From NCBI GenBank assembly GCA_033442325.1, contig JAWQFM010000032.1:656041-674471 (forward strand): 18,431 nt of DNA, in the 5' to 3' direction. Within the stretch, counting starts at the first letter, position 1, and every line of letters starts with the position of its first letter. The translations under genes were made by a program, and so were the position numbers. Below are positions 15,725-18,431 of this stretch, piece after piece. This stretch comes from Salpingoeca rosetta (lineage: Eukaryota > Protista > Choanoflagellata). Under the pieces are notes generated by a model that ran no database searches, had not been told where the DNA came from, and worked only from the letters and a program-made list of their open reading frames with translations.

Positions 15725-17724
15725 TCACTCTTCGTTTAACGCCAGCACGCTGGTCTCCGCCGCGTCCAACACATCCTCCGCGTCCTTGAGGCCAAGCTGA
15801 GGAATTGATGTGTGTTGCGATGTGCGTGATGCGCAAGACGTGGTGAGACGTGCGATGAGACGTGTGATGTGTCAGTGGGTGCAAAACGCAAAAAGACGAA
15901 GAACGGCTGCAAGCACACCAACATCCGCACGAACACGCAACAGCAGCAGCGCTTACTTGTGGGATTGCGTATTTGGTGGGGTCGTCGGCCCGCTCTCTTT
16001 CCATATCAATCATCTCCCCGCACTTTGGCGTGCCGTCCTTCCACACGCCCTGATAGCACTGGCCCTGTACAAACGAAGTGAAACATGCAGATGTGTGTGT
16101 ATGAGCGTGTTTGTGAGCATGTGAGTGTGAGTGTGCGTGCGTGTTTGTGAGCATGTGAGTGCGTGTGTGAGCGTGTTTGTGAGCATGTGAGCATGAGTGT
16201 GCGTGCGTGTTTGTGAGCGTGTGAGTGTGAGGAGTGGGTTTGGAAGCGTTGAGAGGCATCTTTTCACGCCACCCGCACCAGAGCACATGCTCACCATGTC
16301 CACAGCCAGGTTGTCACACGCACACACACACACACAACCTGACCTTGTTGATGTAGTAGAAGGTGCCGCGCCCATGCTTCAAGTCGTTCTCCCATTCGCC
16401 CTCATACCGGTTCTGGTTCGCTGCACAGCGTGTGTGTGTGTGTGTGCGTGTGTGTGTGTGCGTGTGTGTGTGTGTGTGCGAATGTGAGTAAGTGTGTGTA
16501 TGTGTGTCATGCAGGGAAAGATGGGATCAAAGACCATAACACAACACAACACAACACAACACAACGCAACGCAACACAAAACAGCGCACATACAGAAGTT
16601 GACACACATACACGTAATACACGATGCACAATGCACGATGCACAATTGACTGCATGTTCTTTTCTACCGAGGAGGAGGAGGCCACGACCGCACCGCTGGT
16701 CCTCGAGCCACTCGCCCTCGTACACGCTGCCGTCTGCATATGTCATGCGGCCCCACCCGCTGCGCTTGCCCTCAAACCACTCCCCGTCATACATCTCCGT
16801 TCCCTCAATGTCGTAAAACTTCACGCCGTGGCCCTGATGAGTAAAGGCAATGCATAAATGAATGCATGGTGTGTGTGTGTGTGTGTGTGTGTGTTAGTTA
16901 GTTAGTTTGTTTGTTTGTTTTGGGGGGATGCAAGCAAGAAACGGTGTGAGCAGGTGAAGCACACAATGCGAGGATGGCGTTCTGTGCGCGGGTGTGTCTG
17001 CAAGTTGGGATCAATGTTGGGATCAATGTGAATGCATCGTGTGTCATTTATCGACGAACGTGCGAACAAAAGACGTACGTGGTACAGGTTTGCTTTCCAG
17101 GAGCCCACATATTCCTTGTGGTACTTGCCCTTGCGGAATATGCTGTGTTTTCAAACGTATCAAGAGCAGAGCGTCAGTGTGTGCGTTGGTGTACGTTGTT
17201 GTGTTGGTAAGCATCCGTGATGCGTAATGGTGTTGACCACACAAACACACACACATATCCATACATAACACACACAAACACACACACGAACACACACACA
17301 TGCACGAACACACACACCACACATGCGCGCACACACATAACCATACACGCACACATATTCATACACACGCACACACAAACTGACCTGTACACGCCGTAGC
17401 CGTCCCTGAGCCCATACTTGAAATCGCCTTCAAACATGAACTTGTGTCGCTTGCTCTCATACATGCCCTTGCCTGGAGAGCCAAGAAGAGAGAGAGGGGG
17501 TGGTGGAGTTGCGTGCGCGCGCGTGCGTGTGAGCTACAGCAAAGGCGATGCATGAGGCTGTGGGGAGCAAGGAGACATTGGGAGCAAGGAGACATTGGGA
17601 GCAAAGAAGACGGTGGCGGCATCGGTGACATGTGCGTGCCCCCATCCACTGCACCATTCCTTTCTTTTTCCAAGTCACATTCATGTCGACAACCAGCTCA
17701 CATGTCGCCGCCACGACTATTACA

Positions 17725-17764
<40 letters not shown>

Positions 17765-17925
17765 ACCGTGCATGAGATCATCCTTCCATTCGCCTTTGTA
17801 TCGATCTCCATTTGGCAGCACAATCTGGGAGACATGTGTGGGCGCGCGTGCGAGTGTGAGTGAGTGGGCGGGCGAGTGTGAGTGAGAAAATGAGTGAGTG
17901 AGTGAGTGAGTGAGTGAGTGAGTGA

Positions 17926-17968
<43 letters not shown>

Positions 17969-18219
17969 TGAGTGTGTGTGTGTGTGTGTGAGTGAGTGTG
18001 TGTGTGTGTGTGTGTGAGTGTGTGAGTGAGTGAGTGAGTGAGAGACAGACAGACAGAAGGGGGGAAAGGGCAAGCACGCGTGAACACACATCCACACACG
18101 CATATTCACACACATCACCACATGCACGTATCACATGCACACCTGTGCTCGCTCGCCGTGGCGGTGCGCAAAGCGGCTGGTCGGTGCGCAAAGCGGCTGG
18201 TCATCTTGGGTGGTGGGTG
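15725..18219 (-). CDS. MORN3: MORN repeat-containing protein 3 orthologue (5' end uncertain, possibly beyond the window)
   Basis: Phase-compatible GT-AG exons: 18219(or 18204)-18143, 17824-17767, 17472-17385, 17142-17079, 16833-16668, 16420-16344, 16064-15957, 15796-15725 (TGA). Spliced protein: ...AHRHGERAQIVLPNGDRYKGEWKDDLMHGKG...FEGDFKYGLRDGYG...YVGSWKANLYHGHG...YDGEWFEGKRSGWGRMTYADGSVYEGEW...NRYEGEWENDLKHGRG...GQCYQGVWKDGTPKCGEMIDMERERADDPTKYAIPQLGLKDAEDVL. Seven MORN repeats plus a C-terminus that matches my recollection of MORN3. Confidence 0.9.
18163..18202 (-). repeat. Perfect 20-nt tandem duplication in the first visible MORN3 exon
   Basis: GACCAGCCGCTTTGCGCACC twice on the minus strand. 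Confidence 0.95.
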
Positions 18220-18391
18220 CTGTTGTTTGTTTGGGTTGTCAGGACGAGCGGCAAAACAGCTGACTCAGCACTTTCCAACAACCCTCGAGCTTGGCTTTGA
18301 TGAACAAAAGAAAAGAACGCGAAGGCAAGCAAACAAGCAAACAAGCAAGCCAAGATGGAGGCTGCCAGAGGTAAGGGGTGCATGTGCATGC

Positions 18392-18431
<40 letters not shown>

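Noticed and set aside
17563-17608. Short direct repeat GGAGCAAGGAGACATTG, and similar intronic repeats near 16090-16230 and 17003-17027, as a CRISPR-like array
   Set aside because: Head-to-tail slippage duplications without unique spacers, inside eukaryotic introns.

Overview
Intron-rich eukaryotic DNA full of CA/TG and CAA/CAG microsatellites, with two assembly gaps (2135-2234, 100 N; 15351-15467, 117 N). The style suggests a choanoflagellate such as Salpingoeca (inference). Hand-splicing at GT..AG sites gives four units. (1) + strand, about 596-4720: the 3' part of a Mutator/MULE-type transposase gene (SWIM finger), apparently continuing through poly-D/poly-Q into three C2H2 zinc fingers, with a 1-nt frameshift in the poly-Q and a possible element end near 5906. 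(2) - strand, 12589-6180: an 8-exon MEKK1/MAP3K1 orthologue (SWIM, RING, TOG-like, kinase) with an unusual ~636-aa tail ending in SRIP...TLV. (3) + strand, from 13053 into the gap at 15351: a two-exon IS630/Tc1-mariner (Sailor-like) transposase with DD135E spacing and a C-terminal CCHC zinc knuckle, lying head-to-head just upstream of MEKK1. (4) - strand, 18219-15725: an 8-exon MORN3 orthologue whose first visible exon carries a 20-nt duplication. Most introns show UG repeats near the donor and CA repeats near the acceptor. Most other ORFs in the track are microsatellite artefacts.
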